Origin: Nemertoderma westbladi
Taxonomy: Eukaryota; Animalia; Xenacoelomorpha
Assembly (NCBI GenBank): GCA_032718475.1
Contig: JAUCBJ010007707.1
Coordinates: 5,051 to 69,050, forward strand
DNA: 64,000 bases
Reading direction: 5' to 3'
Shown here: positions 1 to 15,000 of the stretch, one piece after another
Numbering within the stretch: position 1 is the stretch's first letter
Layout of the letters: every line of letters begins with the position of its first letter
The notes under the pieces: generated by a model
The model's database searches: none
Seen by the model: only the letters and a program-made list of their open reading frames with translations
What the model was told of the DNA's origin: nothing
Translations under genes and position numbers: made by a program

Positions 1-690
1 GATGGAGGCAGTGTTGCCGATGAGAATGGCGTTGTAGGCGGAACTGATGGGATCGTGGCTCCTGAGTGGTGGCATGGAGACGAGTTCCAATCTCCTTAAT
101 GAATGCCGCCGTCTCAGGGCCAGGGCGACCGAGGTTCTCAAAGGCAACAGGGTAGAAGGAGAACCCTCAGTCAATCAGTTCCTGGTACTTCCAAGTCTTT
201 AGGGATTCTGCCCACTCGACGACACGTTCCCCAGCCAATGGAAGTCTGGGCGAGGTGGCTGGGCACGAGAGGGTCCACGATGGTTGCGTCCAAGACCAGT
301 GTGCGTCCGCGGCTCTACTGGTACAAGCTTTACTCCATCAACGCGCTTCCCGTCTTCCTGGCACATCCCTGGTGGTTCGAGTGCGGCAGGGACCCCACAG
401 TTGGCGAGCCACCAGCACACGATGTCATTGACCATCGAGTGACGGGGATGGTGGCCAGCGCTACTCATGCAAGACAGGCCGTGAAGCCTGTCCTTAAAAC
501 AGTGTGCGCAGCTGTGGGGCTCGGTAACCTGACAGCCAAGGCGGGTGGCGACGGATATTCGGAACTGGGCTACTGTTAACTTAAGGCGAGCTGACTGGGA
601 TGGCGTCTAGCCAGCAACCGGATACTGGGTCCTCGATGGAGTTGAGGCGAGCATGTCTGAATGCACCATTCCGTATAGCCACGAGGGATA
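1..690 (-). mobile_element. Degenerate 3' part of a CRE-like (restriction-like endonuclease) non-LTR retrotransposon, in a glutamine synthetase intron
   Basis: GC-rich island. The minus strand reads, across stops and frameshifts, SGCWLDAIP...FRISVATRLG..HSCAHC....HGLSC..AGHHPRHSMVNDIV...LEPPG...DGKRVDG...KTWKYQEL..FYPVAFENLG...IKEIG. This is the CCHC finger plus PD-(D/E)xK REL endonuclease pattern of CRE-clade elements. Confidence 0.75.
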
Positions 691-761
691 TTCCTATTAT
701 TATTGTATAATGCAATGTTCTATTTTAAATATCATATAACAATGATTACCATGAACCTTAC

Positions 762-1020
762 CAGGAATAGGTTTGGGATCGAAGCTAACAATTACACCAA
801 AGTCCTCAGCAACACGATGTAAAAGAAACCTCGCCATCCACAGGTGATCACCAATATCAATACCCACACAAGGTCCAACCTGGAACTCCCATTGACTTGG
901 CATGACTTCTGCGTTGGTTCCCGCTATTGTTATACCGGCATAAATGCAGGCTTTATAATGGGCCTCGACAATCTCACGACCGTAGACTTTATCACTACCA
1001 ACACCGCAATAATAGGGACC
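762..1020 (-). CDS. GLUL: Glutamine synthetase (GSII) internal exon
   Basis: Encodes GPYYCGVG...[36 protein letters not shown]...DPKPIP. It has a tttcag acceptor (1021-1026) and a gtaagg donor (756-761) on the minus strand. Confidence 0.95.
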
Positions 1021-1474
1021 CTGAAATGTATACCTGAAATATATTCTTAAAAATATACATGACACCGGTTTATAGAAGGTCAATCAGTGAAATATAGCTC
1101 GTATCTGTAATGAAATATAGTGAATCGATTCATGTGGATCAGACCTGGGAGACGAACTGATTGAAAGTTGTTTGAACTCCTCCATAATTTTTTTATATTG
1201 ATTCATTTAATTTTTAGTTCAAACAATTTTGAGCTAATATTAGTGTTATGATTCTACAATGTACTGTATACAAGTACAGTACAGCCATGATATAATATTG
1301 TAGCCTTCTATCTAAGTAACCAAACCCTCAATTTTCAGTTCAGTATGCCGAAAAAGTGTAAAAAAATTATTTTCTTGAAAATTAGTAATTTATTATAAAT
1401 AAAAGTGTGATTATTTCACTCATTAATACTAGTGATAAAAAGCGGATTTTTCAATTATAATCCATTTAGATGTG

Positions 1475-1534
1475 ACATATATTATTATTAGCTACATATA
1501 TTATTATTAGCTACATATATTATTATTAGCTACA
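1475..1534. repeat. 19-bp tandem repeat x3
   Basis: acatatattattattagct repeated three times. Confidence 0.85.
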
Positions 1535-1785
1535 CAATACTTTATCGTAACATTTCGATTACGTTTTAATCATTCTGCTTATTAATTCTTATACCATTTA
1601 ACCGTTTATGCCTTTATAATGAATTGTAGTGATTTTATTTGGGATACAATTACTTCACTCTTACTAAACTTATATTAAACAACTATAGAACGCCGTTACG
1701 CCTACAATGTCTATGGTAACAGTTCACTGTTTAATATCCTCACTTTAGACTGTAGTCTAAACTTTCATTCAATATTATACTTTAC

Positions 1786-1918
1786 CTGTGGACCAGGAAA
1801 CCCCTGCTTCGGCCAACCGTATGGGTGCCCATCTCTATCGATAAGAGTATATTCCTGCTCAATGCCGAACCAAGGCTCAAGCTTTTTAATTTTTTCCATA
1901 ACTTCATTGCAAGTCTTC
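1786..1918 (-). CDS. GLUL: Glutamine synthetase (GSII) internal exon (not in ORF track)
   Basis: Encodes [44 protein letters not shown]. It has a ttttag acceptor and gtaaag donor, and splices in phase 0 to the GPYYCG exon. Confidence 0.93.
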
Positions 1919-2112
1919 CTAAAATAGAAATTTTAATTTATTTGATTTTTCATCAGCATAATTTATCAAATCACTTAACTTGTTTGATCATAAAGAATTT
2001 GAATACACCTGACCCGTAATTTAGTGTCATTTTCTGATGACACGGACCCCCCCTCCCCAGATTTTTCTACAAATCTTTATCATATTTCTTGAAATTTGAA
2101 ACCCAACTACAG

Positions 2113-2810
2113 TAGTTCCACTCACCGTCGATGACCCCATGAAGCCGATCATCGATTTTATCATTAAACTTTTTTTATAAGAGTTTTTAGAAAGTGTCTT
2201 TGGCGAAATCGCACCCTCCGTATCATGGCCATTCTTCACATTATTAGTGGTAATTAGTGGTAATCATATCATTAGAAAACTTGCGTTGCAAGGATTCGAA
2301 ATATGTAACAATATCTTACTTTCTTTGAGAAACAGCTGAGATATCGGCGTTCATAGATTGCAAGAAATATCGTTCGCTGCAGGCCATTTATTCTATTTAA
2401 TAAATACACGATGTTCTAGAACATTTTGTTTATGTATGAATCGCTACCCAATATATATATATATTGGATAGGAATACCGCTGTTGCCAACCAACTCATAA
2501 AATAAATAACACTTTCTAGAATTTTGTGTATTTATTAAATAGAATAAATGGTCTGCAGCGAACGATAATTCTTTCAATTTTAAACGCCTATTTCTCAGCT
2601 CTTTCTCAACGAAATTCAGATATTGTTACATATTTGGAATCCTTTCAACGCAAGCTTTCTAATATGAAACAATTACGACTAATCTGAAGAATCGCGATGA
2701 AACAGAGGGTGCGATTTCGAAAAGGCACTTTTTTAAAACGCTTATAAAAAAATTTAAAGGCAAAATCGAAAATTCCGGCTTCATGGGGTCATCGACGGTG
2801 AGTGGAACTA
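2113..2810. mobile_element. Foldback/MITE with ~310-bp imperfect inverted arms
   Basis: tagttccactcaccgtcgatgaccccatgaagccg at 2113 mirrors cggcttcatggggtcatcgacggtgagtggaacta ending at 2810. Similarity continues inward to ~2420/~2512, and both ends are TA. Confidence 0.85.
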
Positions 2811-3006
2811 GTTGTATTTCGACGGTATGAAGAAATACGTAATATAAAGTCAAAATGACTTTCTCTATATTCAATTCCCATTATTTGATAGAGGATGATT
2901 GAATAGGGGCCGCAATTTGTACAAACATTTTATTAATTAATATAGGGAAGGGATTGTAATGTATACACAATAATTTTATCCAGGTGCTAAGCCTTACAGA
3001 GGCCCT

Positions 3007-6000
3007 GGTGCTGAGCCTTACCCGGGTAGGACTTAATTTATTTTAATGGGTGTGTGCATGTGCTGAGCCTTACATGGGCAGGACTTAATTTATTTTAATG
3101 GGTGTATCTGCTGAGCCTTACAAGGGAGGGCCTTAATTTATTTTAATGGGTGTATGTGCTGAGCCTTACAGGGACAGGACTTAATTTATATTAATGGGTG
3201 TATGTGCTGAGCCTTGCAGGGGCAGGACTTAATTTATTTTAATGGGTGTATGTGCTGTGCCTTACAGGGGCAGGACTTAATTTATATTAATGGGTGTATG
3301 TGCTGAGCCTTGCAGGGGCAGGACTTAATTTATTTTAATGGGTGTATCTGCTGAGCCTTACAGGGGCAGGACTTAATTTATATTAATGGGTGTATGTGCT
3401 GAGCCTTACAAGGGAGGGCCTTAATTTATTTTAATGGGTGTATGTGCTGAGCCTTACAAGGGAGGGCCTTAATTTATTTTAATGGGTGTATGTGCTGAGC
3501 CTTGCAGGGGCAGGACTTAATTTATATTAATGGGTGTATGTGCTGAGCCTTACAAGGGAGGGCCTTAATTTATATTAATGGGTGTATGTGCTGAGCCTTA
3601 CATGGGCAGGACTTAATTTATTTTAATGGGTGTATGTGCTGAGCCTTACAGGGGCAGGACTTAATTTATTTTAATGGGTGTATGTGCTGAGCCTTACAAG
3701 GGAGGGCCTTAATTTATTTTAATGGGTGTATGTGCTGAGCCTTACAAGGGAGGGCCTTAATTTATTTTAATGGGTGTATGTGCTGAGCCTTACACGGGCA
3801 GGACTTAATTTATTTTAATGGGTGTATGTGCTGAGCCTTACAAGGGAGGGCCTTAATTTATATTAATGGGTGTATGTGCTGAGCCTTACAAGGGATGGCC
3901 TTAATTTATTTTAATGGGTGTATGTGCTGAGCCTTACACGGGCAGGACTTAATTTATTTTAATGGGTGTATCTGCTGAGCCTTACAAGGGAGGGCCTTAA
4001 TTTATTTTAATGGGTGTATGTGCTGAGCCTTACAAGGGAGGGCCTTAATTTATTTTAATGGGTGTATGTGCTGAGCCTTACAAGGGAGGGCCTTAATTTA
4101 TTTTAATGGGTGTATGTGCTGAGCCTTACACGGGCAGGACTTAATTTATTTTAATGGGTGTATGTGCTGAGCCTTACAAGGGAGGGCCTTAATTTATTTT
4201 AATGGGTGTATGTGCTGAGCCTTACAAGGGAGGGCCTTAATTTATTTTAATGGGTGTATGTGCTGAGCCTTACAGGGGCAGGACTTAATTTATTTTAATG
4301 GGTGTATGTGCTGAGCCTTACACGGGCAGGACTTAATTTATTTTAATGGGTGTATGTGCTGAGCCTTACACGGGCAGGACTTAATTTATTTTAATGGATG
4401 TATGTGCTGAGCCTTACAGGGGCAGGACTTAATTTATATTAATGGGTGTATGTGCTGTGCCTTACACGGGCAGGACTTAATTTATTTTAATGGGTGTATG
4501 TGCTGAGCCTTACACGGGCAGGACTTAATTTATATTAATGGGTGTATGTGCTGTGCCTTACACGGGCAGGACTTAATTTATTTTAATGGGTGTATGTGCT
4601 GTGCCTTACACGGGCAGGACTTAATTTATTTTAATGGGTGTATGTGCTGAGCCTTACACGGGCAGGACTTAATTTATATTAATGGGTGTATCTGCTGAGC
4701 CTTACAAGGGAGGGCCTTAATTTATATTAATGGGTGTATGTGCTGAGCCTTACAGGGGCAGGACTTAATTTATTTTAATGGGTGTATGTGCTGAGCCTTA
4801 CACGGGCAGGACTTAATTTATTTTAATGGGTGTATGTGCTGAGCCTTACAGGGGCAGGACTTAATTTATTTTAATGGGTGTATGTGCTGAGCCTTACACG
4901 GACAGGACTTAATTTATTTTAATGGGTGTATGTGCTGAGCCTTACAGGGGCAGGACTTAATTTATTTTAATGGGTGTATGTGCTGAGCCTTACAGGGGCA
5001 GGACTTAATTTATATTAATGGGTGTATGTGCTGTGCCTTACACGGGCAGGACTTAATTTATTTTAATGGGTGTATGTGCTGAGCCTTACACGGGCAGGAC
5101 TTAATTTATATTAATGGGTGTATGTGCTGTGCCTTACACGGGCAGGACTTAATTTATTTTAATGGGTGTATCTGCTGTGCCTTACATGGGCAGGCCTTAA
5201 TTTATTTTAATGGGTGTATGTGCTGAGCCTTACACGGACAGGACTTAATTTATTTTAATGGGTGTATGTGCTGAGCCTTACAGGGGCAGGACTTAATTTA
5301 TTTTAATGGGTGTATGTGCTGAGCCTTACAGGGGCAGGACTTAATTTATATTAATGGGTGTATGTGCTGTGCCTTACACGGGCAGGACTTAATTTATTTT
5401 AATGGGTGTATGTGCTGAGCCTTACAGGGGCAGGACTTAATTTATATTAATGGGTGTATGTGCTGTGCCTTACACGGGCAGGACTTAATTTATTTTAATG
5501 GGTGTATGTGCTGAGCCTTACACGGACAGGACTTAATTTATTTTAATGGGTGTACATGCTGAGCCTTACAAGGGAGGGCCTTAATTTATTTAATGGGTGT
5601 ACATGCTGAGCCTTACATGGGTAGGTCTTAATTTATTTGAATTGGTGTACATCCTGAGCCTTACAAGGGAGGGCCTTAATTTATTTTAATGGGTGTACAT
5701 GCTGAGCCTTACAAGGGAGGACCTTAATTTATTTTAATGGGTGTACATGCTGAGCTTTACAAGGGAGGGCCTTAATTTATTTTAATGGGTGTACATGCTG
5801 AGCCTTACAAGGGAGGACCTTAATTTATTTTAATGGGTGTACATGCTGAGCTTTACAAGGGAGGGCCTTAATTTATTTTAATGGGTGTACATGCTGAGCC
5901 TTACAAGGGAGGACCTTAATTTATTTTAATGGGTGTACATGCTGAGCCTTACAAGGGAGGGCCTTAATTTATTTGAATGGGTGTACATCCTGAGCCTTAC

Positions 6001-9000
6001 AAGGGAGGACCTTAATTTATTTTAATGGGTGTACATGCTGAGCTTTACAAGGGAGGGCCTTAATTTATTTTAATGGGTGTACATGCTGAGCCTTACAAGG
6101 GAGGACCTTAATTTATTTTAATGGGTGTACATGCTGAGCTTTACAAGGGAGGGCCTTAATTTATTTTAATGGGTGTACATGCTGAGCCTTACAAGGGAGG
6201 ACCTTAATTTATTTTAATGGGTGTACATGCTGAGCTTTACAAGGGAGGGCCTTAATTTATTTTAATGGGTGTACATGCTGAGCCTTACAAGGGAGGACCT
6301 TAATTTATTTTAATGGGTGTACATGCTGAGCTTTACAAGGGAGGACCTTAATTTATTTTAATGGGTGTACATGCTGAGCCTTACAAGGGAGGACCTTAAT
6401 TTATTTTAATGGGTGTACATGCTGAGCTTTACAAGGGAGGGCCTTAATTTATTTTAATGGGTGTACATGCTGAGCCTTACAAGGGAGGGCCTTAATTTAT
6501 TTGAATGGGTGTACATCCTGAGCCTTACAAGGGAGGACCTTAATTTATTTTAATGGGTGTACATGCTGAGCTTTACAAGGGAGGGCCTTAATTTATTTTA
6601 ATGGGTGTACATGCTGAGCCTTACAAGGGAGGACCTTAATTTATTTTAATGGGTGTACATGCTGAGCCTTACAAGGGAGGGCCTTAATTTATTTTAATGG
6701 GTGTACATGCTGAGCCTTACAAGGGAGGGCCTTAATTTATTTTAATGGGTGTACATGTTGAGCCTTACACGGGCAGGACTTAATTTATTTTAATGGGTGT
6801 ATGTGCTGAGCCTTACAGGGACAGGACTTAATTTATATTAATGGGTGTATGTGCTGAGCCTTACAAGGGAGGGCCTTAATGTATTTTAATGGGTGTACAT
6901 CCTGAGCCTTACAAGGGAGGACCTTAATTTATTTTAATGGGTGTACATGCTGAGCTTTACAAGGGAGGGCCTTAATTTATTTTAATGGGTGTACATGCTG
7001 AGCCTTACAAGGGAGGACCTTAATTTATTTTAATGGGTGTACATGCTGAGCTTTACAAGGGAGGGCCTTAATTTATTTTAATGGGTGTACATGTTGAGCC
7101 TTACACGGGCAGGACTTAATTTATTTTAATGGGTGTATGTGCTGAGCCTTACAGGGACAGGACTTAATTTATTTTAATGGGTGTATGTGCTGAGCCTTAC
7201 AAGGGAGGGCCTTAATTTATTTTAATGGGTGTACATGCTGAGCCTTACACGGGCAGGACTTAATTTATTTTAATGGGTGTGTGTATGTGCTGAGCCTTTC
7301 ACGGCCAGGACTTAATTTATTTTAATGGGTGTATGTGCTGAGCCTTACCCGGGTAGGACTTAATTTATTTTAATGGATGTATGTGCTGAGCCTTACAAGG
7401 GAGGGCCTTAATTTATTTTAAGGGGTGTATGTGCTGAGCCTTACAAGGGAGGGCCTTAATTTATTTTAAGGGGTGTATGTGCTGAGCCTTACAAGGGAGG
7501 GCCTTAATTTATTTTAATGGATGTATGTGCTGAGCCTTACAAGGGAGGGCCTTAATTTATTTTAATGGATGTATGTGCTGAGCCTTACAAGGGAGGGCCT
7601 TAATTTATTTTAATGGATGTATCTGCTGAGCCTTACACGGACAGGACTTAATTTATTTTAATGGGTGTATCTGGTGAGCCTTACACGGACAGGACTTAAT
7701 TTATTTTAATGGGTGTATCTGCTGAGCCTTACACGGACAGGACTTAATTTATTTTAATGGGTGTATGTGCTGAGCCTTACAGGGGCAGGACTTAATTTAT
7801 TTTAATGGATGTATGTGCTGAGCCTTACACGGGCAGGACTTAATTTATTTTAATGGGTGTATCTGCTGAGCCTTACACGGACAGGACTTAATTTATTTTA
7901 ATGGGTGTATGTGCTGAGCCTTACCCGGGTAGGACTTAATTTATTTTAATGGATGTATGTGCTGAGCCTTACAAGGGAGGGCCTTAATTTATTTTAAGGG
8001 GTGTATGTGCTGAGCCTTACAAGGGAGGGCCTTAATTTATTTTAAGGGGTGTATGTGCTGAGCCTTACAAGGGAGGGCCTTAATTTATTTTAATGGATGT
8101 ATGTGCTGAGCCTTACAAGGGAGGGCCTTAATTTATTTTAATGGATGTATGTGCTGAGCCTTACAAGGGAGGGCCTTAATTTATTTTAATGGATGTATCT
8201 GCTGAGCCTTACAAGGGAGGGCCTTAATTTATTTTAAGGGGTGTATGTGCTGAGCCTTACAAGGGAGGGCCTTAATTTATTTTAAGGGGTGTATGTGCTG
8301 AGCCTTACAAGGGAGGGCCTTAATTTATATTAATGGGTGTATGTGCTGAGCCTTTCACGGGCAGGACTTAATTTATTTTAATGGGTGTATGTGCTGAGCC
8401 TTACATGGGCAGGACTTAATTTATTTTAATGGGTGTATGTGCTGAGCCTTACAAGGGAGGGCCTTAATTTATTTTAATGGGTGTATGTGCTGAGCCTTAC
8501 ACGGGCAGGACTTAATTTATTTTAATGGGTGTATGTGCTGAGCCTTACATGGGCAGGACTTAATTTATTTTAATGGGTGTATCTGCTGAGCCTTACACGG
8601 GCAGGACTTAATTTATTTTAATGGGTGTATGTGCTGAGCCTTACATGGGCAGGACTTAATTTATTTTAATGGGTGTATCTGCTGAGCCTTACACGGGCAG
8701 GACTTAATTTATTTTAATGGGTGTATGTGCTGAGCCTTACAAGGGAGGGCCTTAATTTATTTTAATGGGTGTATGTGCTGAGCCTTACATGGGCAGGACT
8801 TAATTTATTTTAATGGGTGTATCTGCTGAGCCTTACACGGGCAGGACTTAATTTATTTTAATGGGTGTATGTGCTGAGCCTTACATGGGCAGGACTTAAT
8901 TTATTTTAATGGGTGTATCTGCTGAGCCTTACACGGGCAGGACTTAATTTATTTTAATGGGTGTATGTGCTGAGCCTTACAAGGGAGGGCCTTAATTTAT

Positions 9001-12000
9001 TTTAATGGGTGTATGTGCTGAGCCTTACATGGGCAGGACTTAATTTATTTTAATGGGTGTATGTGCTGAGCCTTACACGGGCAGGACTTAATTTATTTTA
9101 ATGGGTGTATGTGCTGAGCCTTACACGGGCAGGACTTAATTTATTTTAATGGGTGTATCTGCTGAGCCTTACACGGACAGGACTTAATTTATTTTAATGG
9201 GTGTATCTGCTGAGCCTTACACGGACAGGACTTAATTTATTTTAATGGGTGTATGTGCTGAGCCTTACAGGGGCAGGACTTAATTTATTTTAATGGATGT
9301 ATGTGCTGAGCCTTACACGGGCAGGACTTAATTTATTTTAATGGGTGTATCTGCTGAGCCTTACACGGACAGGACTTAATTTATTTTAATGGGTGTATGT
9401 GCTGAGCCTTACAGGGGCAGGACTTAATTTATTTTAATGGGTGTATCTGCTGAGCCTTACACGGACAGGACTTAATTTATTTTAATGGGTGTATGTGCTG
9501 AGCCTTACAGGGGCAGGACTTAATTTATTTTAATGGGTGTATGTGCTGAGCCTTACACGGGCAGGACTTAATTTATTTTAATGGGTGTATCTGCTGAGCC
9601 TTACACGGACAGGACTTAATTTATTTTAATGGGTGTATGTGCTGAGCCTTACACGGGCAGGACTTAATTTATTTTAATGGGTGTATGTGCTGAGCCTTAC
9701 AGGGGCAGGACTTAATTTATTTTAATGGGTGTATGTGCTGAGCCTTACACGGGCAGGACTTAATTTATTTTAATGGGTGTATCTGCTGAGCCTTACACGG
9801 ACAGGACTTAATTTATTTTAATGGGTGTATGTGCTGAGCCTTACAGGGGCAGGACTTAATTTATATTAATGGGTGTATGTGCTGAGCCTTACAAGGGAGG
9901 GCCTTAATTTATTTTAATGGGTGTATGTGCTGAGCCTTACAAGGGAGGGCCTTAATTTATTTTAATGGATGTATGTGCTGAGCCTTACACGGGCAGGACT
10001 TAATTTATTTTAATGGGTGTATGTGCTGAGCCTTACAGGGGCAGGACTTAATTTATATTAATGGGTGTATGTGCTGAGCCTTACAAGGGAGGGCCTTAAT
10101 TTATTTTAATGGGTGTATGTGCTGAGCCTTACAAGGGAGGGCCTTAATTTATTTTAATGGGTGTATGTGCTGAGCCTTACAAGGGAGGGCCTTAATTTAT
10201 TTTAATGGGTGTATGTGCTGAGCCTTACAGGGGCAGGACTTAATTTATATTAATGGGTGTATGTGCTGAGCCTTACAAGGGAGGGCCTTAATTTATTTTA
10301 ATGGGTGTATGTGCTGAGCCTTACAAGGGAGGGCCTTAATTTATTTTAATGGATGTATGTGCTGAGCCTTACACGGGCAGGACTTAATTTATTTTAATGG
10401 GTGTATCTGCTGAGCCTTACACGGACAGGACTTAATTTATTTTAATGGGTGTATGTGCTGAGCCTTACAAGGGAGGGCCTTAATTTATTTTAATGGATGT
10501 ATGTGCTGAGCCTTACACGGGCAGGACTTAATTTATTTTAATGGGTGTATGTGCTGAGCCTTACAGGGGCAGGACTTAATTTATATTAATGGGTGTATGT
10601 GCTGAGCCTTACAAGGGAGGGCCTTAATTTATTTTAATGGGTGTATGTGCTGAGCCTTACAAGGGAGGGCCTTAATTTATTTTAATGGATGTATGTGCTG
10701 AGCCTTACACGGGCAGGACTTAATTTATTTTAATGGGTGTATCTGCTGAGCCTTACACGGACAGGACTTAATTTATTTTAATGGGTGTATGTGCTGAGCC
10801 TTACAGGGGCAGGACTTAATTTATTTTAATGGGTGTATGTGCTGAGCCTTACACGGGCAGGACTTAATTTATTTTAATGGGTGTATCTGCTGAGCCTTAC
10901 ACGGACAGGACTTAATTTATTTTAATGGGTGTATGTGCTGAGCCTTACACGGGCAGGACTTAATTTATTTTAATGGGTGTATGTGCTGAGCCTTACAGGG
11001 GCAGGACTTAATTTATATTAATGGGTGTATGTGCTGAGCCTTACAAGGGAGGGCCTTAATTTATTTTAATGGGTGTATGTGCTGAGCCTTACAAGGGAGG
11101 GCCTTAATTTATTTTAATGGGTGTATCTGCTGAGCCTTACAAGGGAGGGACTTAATTTATTTTAATGGGTGTATGTGCTGAGCCTTACACGGACAGGACT
11201 TAATTTATTTTAATGGGTGTATGTGCTGAGCCTTACAGGGGCAGGACTTAATTTATATTAATGGGTGTATGTGCTGAGCCTTACAAGGGAGGGCCTTAAT
11301 TTATTTTAATGGGTGTATGTGCTGAGCCTTACAAGGGAGGGCCTTAATTTATTTTAATGGGTGTATCTGCTGAGCCTTACAAGGGAGGGACTTAATTTAT
11401 TTTAATGGGTGTATGTGCTGTGCCTTTCACGGGCAGGACTTAATTTATTTTAATGGGTGTATGTGCTGAGCCTTACAAGGGAGGGCCTTAATTTATTTTA
11501 ATGGGTGTATCTGCTGAGCCTTACAAGGGAGGGCCTTAATTTATATTAATGGGTGTATGTGCTGAGCCTTACACGGGCAGGACTTAATTTATTTTAATGG
11601 GTGTATGTGCTGAGCCTTACACGGGCAGGACTTAATTTATTTTAATGGGTGTATGTGCTGAGCCTTACACGGGCAGGACTTAATTTATATTAATGGGTGT
11701 ATGTGCTGTGCCTTACAGGGGCAGGACTTAATTTATTTTAATGGGTGTATGTGCTGAGCCTTACAAGGGAGGGCCTTAATTTATTTTAAGGGGTGTACAT
11801 GCTGAGCCTTACCCGGGTAGGACTTAATTTATTTTAATGGGTGTGTGCATGTGCTGAGCCTTTCACGGGCAGGACTTAATTTATTTTAATGGGTGTATGT
11901 GCTGAGCCTTACAAGGGAGGGCCTTAATTTATTTTAAGGGGTGTACATGCTGAGCCTTACCCGGGTAGGACTTAATTTATTTTAATGGGTGTATGTGCTG

Positions 12001-15000
12001 AGCCTTACAGGGACAGGACTTAATTTATATTAATGGGTGTATGTGCTGTGCCTTACATGGGCAGGACTTAATTTATTTTAATGGGTGTATCTGCTGAGCC
12101 TTACAAGGGAGGGCCTTAATTTATTTTAATGGGTGTATGTGCTGAGCCTTACAGGGACAGGACTTAATTTATTTTAATGGGTGTATCTGCTGAGCCTTAC
12201 AAGGGAGGGCCTTAATTTATTTTAATGGGTGTATGTGCTGAGCCTTACACGGGCAGGACTTAATTTATTTTAATGGGTGTATCTGCTGAGCCTTACAAGG
12301 GAGGGCCTTAATTTATTTTAATGGGTGTATGTGCTGAGCCTTACAGGGACAGGACTTAATTTATATTAATGGGTGTATGTGCTGTGCCTTACATGGGCAG
12401 GACTTAATTTATTTTAATGGGTGTATGTGCTGAGCCTTACAGGGACAGGACTTAATTTATTTTAATGGGTGTATCTGCTGAGCCTTACAAGGGAGGGCCT
12501 TAATTTATTTTAATGGGTGTATGTGCTGAGCCTTACACGGGCAGGACTTAATTTATTTTAATGGGTGTATCTGCTGAGCCTTACAAGGGAGGGCCTTAAT
12601 TTATTTTAATGGGTGTATGTGCTGAGCCTTACAGGGACAGGACTTAATTTATATTAATGGGTGTATGTGCTGTGCCTTACATGGGCAGGACTTAATTTAT
12701 TTTAATGGGTGTATGTGCTGAGCCTTACAGGGACAGGACTTAATTTATATTAATGGGTGTATGTGCTGTGCCTTACATGGGCAGGCCTTAATTTATTTTA
12801 ATGGGTGTATCTGCTGAGCCTTACAAGGGAGGGCCTTAATTTATTTTAATGGGTGTATGTGCTGTGCCTTACATGGGCAGGCCTTAATTTATTTTAATGG
12901 GTGTATCTGCTGAGCCTTACAAGGGAGGGCCTTAATTTATTTTAATGGGTGTATGTGCTGAGCCTTACAGGGGCAGGCCTTAATTTATTTTAATGGGTGT
13001 ATCTGCTGAGCCTTACAAGGGAGGGCCTTAATTTATTTTAATGGGTGTATGTGCTGAGCCTTACAGGGACAGGACTTAATTTATATTAATGGGTGTATGT
13101 GCTGTGCCTTACATGGGCAGGCCTTAATTTATTTTAATGGGTGTATCTGCTGAGCCTTACAAGGGAGGGCCTTAATTTATTTTAATGGGTGTATGTGCTG
13201 AGCCTTACAGGGACAGGACTTAATTTATATTAATGGGTGTATGTGCTGTGCCTTACATGGGCAGGCCTTAATTTATTTTAATGGGTGTATCTGCTGAGCC
13301 TTACAAGGGAGGGCCTTAATTTATTTTAATGGGTGTATGTGCTGTGCCTTACATGGGCAGGCCTTAATTTATTTTAATGGGTGTATCTGCTGAGCCTTAC
13401 AAGGGAGGGCCTTAATTTATTTTAATGGGTGTATGTGCTGAGCCTTACAGGGGCAGGCCTTAATTTATTTTAATGGGTGTATCTGCTGAGCCTTACAAGG
13501 GAGGGCCTTAATTTATTTTAATGGGTGTATGTGCTGAGCCTTACACGGACAGGACTTAATTTATATTAATGGGTGTATGTGCTGTGCCTTACATGGGCAG
13601 GCCTTAATTTATTTTAATGGGTGTATGTGCTGAGCCTTACAGGGACAGGACTTAATTTATATTAATGGGTGTATGTGCTGTGCCTTACAGGGACAGGACT
13701 TAATTTATATTAATGGGTGTATGTGCTGTGCCTTACATGGGCAGGCCTTAATTTATTTTAATGGGTGTATCTGCTGAGCCTTACAAGGGAGGGCCTTAAT
13801 TTATTTTAATGGGTGTATGTGCTGAGCCTTACACGGGCAGGCCTTAATTTATTTTAATGGGTGTATGTGCTGAGCCTTACATGGGCAGGACTTAATTTAT
13901 TTTAATGGGTGTATGTGCTGAGCCTTACAGGGGCAGGCCTTAATTTATTTTAATGGGTGTATCTGCTGAGCCTTACAAGGGAGGGCCTTAATTTATTTTA
14001 ATGGGTGTATGTGCTGAGCCTTACAGGGACAGGACTTAATTTATATTAATGGGTGTATGTGCTGTGCCTTACATGGGCAGGACTTAATTTATTTTAATGG
14101 GTGTATCTGCTGAGCCTTACAAGGGAGGGCCTTAATTTATTTTAATGGGTGTATGTGCTGAGCCTTACAGGGACAGGACTTAATTTATATTAATGGGTGT
14201 ATTTGCTGAGCCTTACACGGGCAGGCCTTAATTTATTTTAATGGGTGTATGTGCTGAGCCTTACATGGGCAGGACTTAATTTATTTTAATGGGTGTATGT
14301 GCTGAGCCTTACACGGGCAGGCCTTAATTTATTTTAATGGGTGTATGTGCTGAGCCTTACATGGGCAGGACTTAATTTATTTTAATGGGTGTATGTGCTG
14401 AGCCTTACAGGGGCAGGCCTTAATTTATTTTAATGGGTGTATCTGCTGAGCCTTACAAGGGAGGGCATTAATTTATTTTAATGGGTGTATGTGCTGAGCC
14501 TTACAGGGACAGGACTTAATTTATATTAATGGGTGTATGTGCTGTGCCTTACATGGGCAGGACTTAATTTATTTTAATGGGTGTATCTGCTGAGCCTTAC
14601 AAGGGAGGGCCTTAATTTATTTTAATGGGTGTATGTGCTGAGCCTTACAGGGACAGGACTTAATTTATATTAATGGGTGTATTTGCTGAGCCTTACACGG
14701 GCAGGCCTTAATTTATTTTAATGGGTGTATGTGCTGAGCCTTACACGGGCAGGCCTTAATTTATTTTAATGGGTGTATGTGCTGAGCCTTACATGGGCAG
14801 GACTTAATTTATTTTAATGGGTGTATGTGCTGAGCCTTACAGGGGCAGGCCTTAATTTATTTTAATGGGTGTATCTGCTGAGCCTTACAAGGGAGGGCCT
14901 TAATTTATTTTAATGGGTGTATGTGCTGAGCCTTACAAGGGAGGGCCTTAATTTATTTTAATGGGTGTATGTGCTGAGCCTTACAGGGGCAGGCCTTAAT

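Noticed and set aside
103-579. 158-aa plus-strand ORF
   Set aside because: Antisense shadow of the GC-rich CRE-like remnant
700-1083. ORF-track 127-aa protein as a complete gene
   Set aside because: Only 762-1020 is GS-like and it is bounded by splice sites; the flanks are intron read-through
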